From contig NC_043023.1 in the NCBI RefSeq assembly GCF_006345805.1, positions 5,642,001 through 5,706,000 of the forward strand: a stretch of DNA of 64,000 nucleotides, read 5' to 3'. The position numbers and the translations under genes were made by a program. The notes beneath the pieces were generated by a model. That model made no database searches. It was not told the DNA's origin and saw nothing but the letters and a program-made list of their open reading frames with translations. Positions 62,240 to 64,000 of this stretch are shown one piece after another. Position 1 is the stretch's first letter. Each line of letters opens with the position of its first letter. The stretch comes from Octopus sinensis. Its lineage: Eukaryota.

Positions 62240-62957
62240 ATGTTTTCAAATTTTGGTACAAGGCCAGCAATTTTGGGTGTGTGATCAAGTCAATTACATC
62301 GACCCCAGTGCATAACTGGTAATTATTTTGTCAACCCTGAAAGGATGAAAGGGAAAGTTGACCCCAGCAGAATTTGAACTCAAGAACATAAAGATGGGTG
62401 AAATGCTGTCAGTACGCGACTAGAAATTATTTTGTTGACCCTGAAAGGATGAAAGGCAAAGTTCACCTCGGTGGAATTTGAACTCAGAATGTAGCAGCAG
62501 ATGAAATACCACTAAGCATTTCACCCAGCGTGTTAATGATTGTTGCAGATTGCCACCTTAATGATAATAATAATAATCCTTTCTACTATAGGGACAAGGC
62601 CTGAAATTTTGCGGGAGGGGACCAGTCAATTAGATTGAACCCAGTACATAACTGGTATGTAATTTATCAACCCTGAAAGGATGAAAGGCAAAGTCGACCT
62701 CGGCAGAATTTGAACTCAGAGCGTAGCAGGAGACAAAATACCACTAAGCATTTAACGATTCTGCCAGTTTGCCACCTTAATATATTAACAATGGTTTCAA
62801 ATTTTGACGGAGGGTCAACAATTTTTGACGCTAAACATTTTGCCCGGCATTCTGTTAGTTTGCTGTTTTAGCAGAAGGAAATATTGCAAGTGACTTTGTC
62901 CAATGCCAGCTTGCCAATAATAATAATAATAATAATGATGATGATGATGATGATGAC

Positions 62958-63000
<43 letters not shown>

Positions 63001-63217
63001 GTAATAATAATAATAATTCTTTCTAATAGAGGTACAAGGTCCGAAATTTCAGGGGAGGGAGTAAGTCAACTACACTGACCCCAGTACTTATTTTATCAGC
63101 CCCCAAAAGGATGAAAGGCAAAGTTGACCTCGGTGGAATTTGAACTCAGAAGATTGTGATGAGCAAAATACCGCTAAGCCCGGCAGGCTAACGATTCTGC
63201 CAGCTTACCAACTAATG

Positions 63218-63262
<45 letters not shown>

Positions 63263-63835
63263 TTAATAATAATGATAGTAGTATTGATGATGATGATGAT
63301 GATGATAATAATTGTAATAATAATAAAGGGGATAACGGTAATGATGATGTTGATGATGGTGATGATAATGAAACTAGAGATGGTATTTAAATAACAATTC
63401 CTTATATAGGCAGAAGGCAAGGAATTTTTTTTAAGCGGTGGCATTACTCATTTATGTTGGTACCAGTACATAACTGGTACTTATTTTTTAGCTCCTGAAA
63501 AAAAAAAACTGAAAGGTGAAGTTACCCTAGACAGAATTTGAACTCAGAATCTAAAGTATTTCATTTGATGCTCTACCAATTCTGCCAACCTACCACCTTG
63601 GATAATTTCTAATTTAGACATATGGCCCAGAAGTTTGAAGGATGTAGGGTCAGCTGATTAAATTGACACCAGCATTTAACTGGTACTTCATTTTATTGAC
63701 TCTGAAAGGATGAAAGGCAAAATTGATGTTGCTGGGACTTGAACTCAAAATGTAAAATAACATAAAGAGGCTTAACCAAATATTTGTAGACCATTTTAGT
63801 CAGATGTTCTACCAATTTTTCCCGTCCCTCTGCCT
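62240..63835 (-). mobile_element. Head-to-tail cluster of about 7 SINE family E copies interspersed with (AAT)n
   Basis: Repeated gaaaggatgaaaggcaaagttgacc...gaatttgaactcag core, all in the same orientation. Confidence 0.8.
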
Positions 63836-64000
63836 TAAAATACTATGCAAAAAAGAAAAAAACAATATGATAATAAATCATAATAAATTATATAAATTAT
63901 AATGAATTATAATAAATTATATGAATTATAATAAATCATAATAAATTATATAAATTATAATAAATTATAATAAATTATATGAATTATAATAAATTATAAT

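Overview
Repeat-saturated, AT-rich eukaryotic genomic DNA. The repeat families and microsatellite load point to a cephalopod, most likely Octopus (inference). Two spliced genes converge. On + are five exons from the 3' half of HID1 (2119-10981); I could not find its last exon, which probably lies in the 100-N gap at 11733-11832. On - is an apparently complete six-exon secreted ependymin-related gene (40086 to 28034, about 224 aa). The rest is tRNA-derived SINEs (with heads and tails exchanged between families), RTE and R4-like LINE fragments, mariner/Tc1/maT relics, a Helitron-like end, MITEs and mini/microsatellites. The ORF track misses the most striking signal: more than a dozen intact or decayed type I hammerhead ribozyme motifs from several unrelated families. 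Many sit in inverted or partial tandem duplications, and two lie next to Penelope-like GIY-YIG endonuclease C-termini. This suggests a dense, diverse population of Penelope pLTR/retrozyme-like self-cleaving elements. Most other listed ORFs are repeat artefacts. Repeat boundaries are approximate because they were read by eye; exon boundaries were checked for GT-AG sites and phase.
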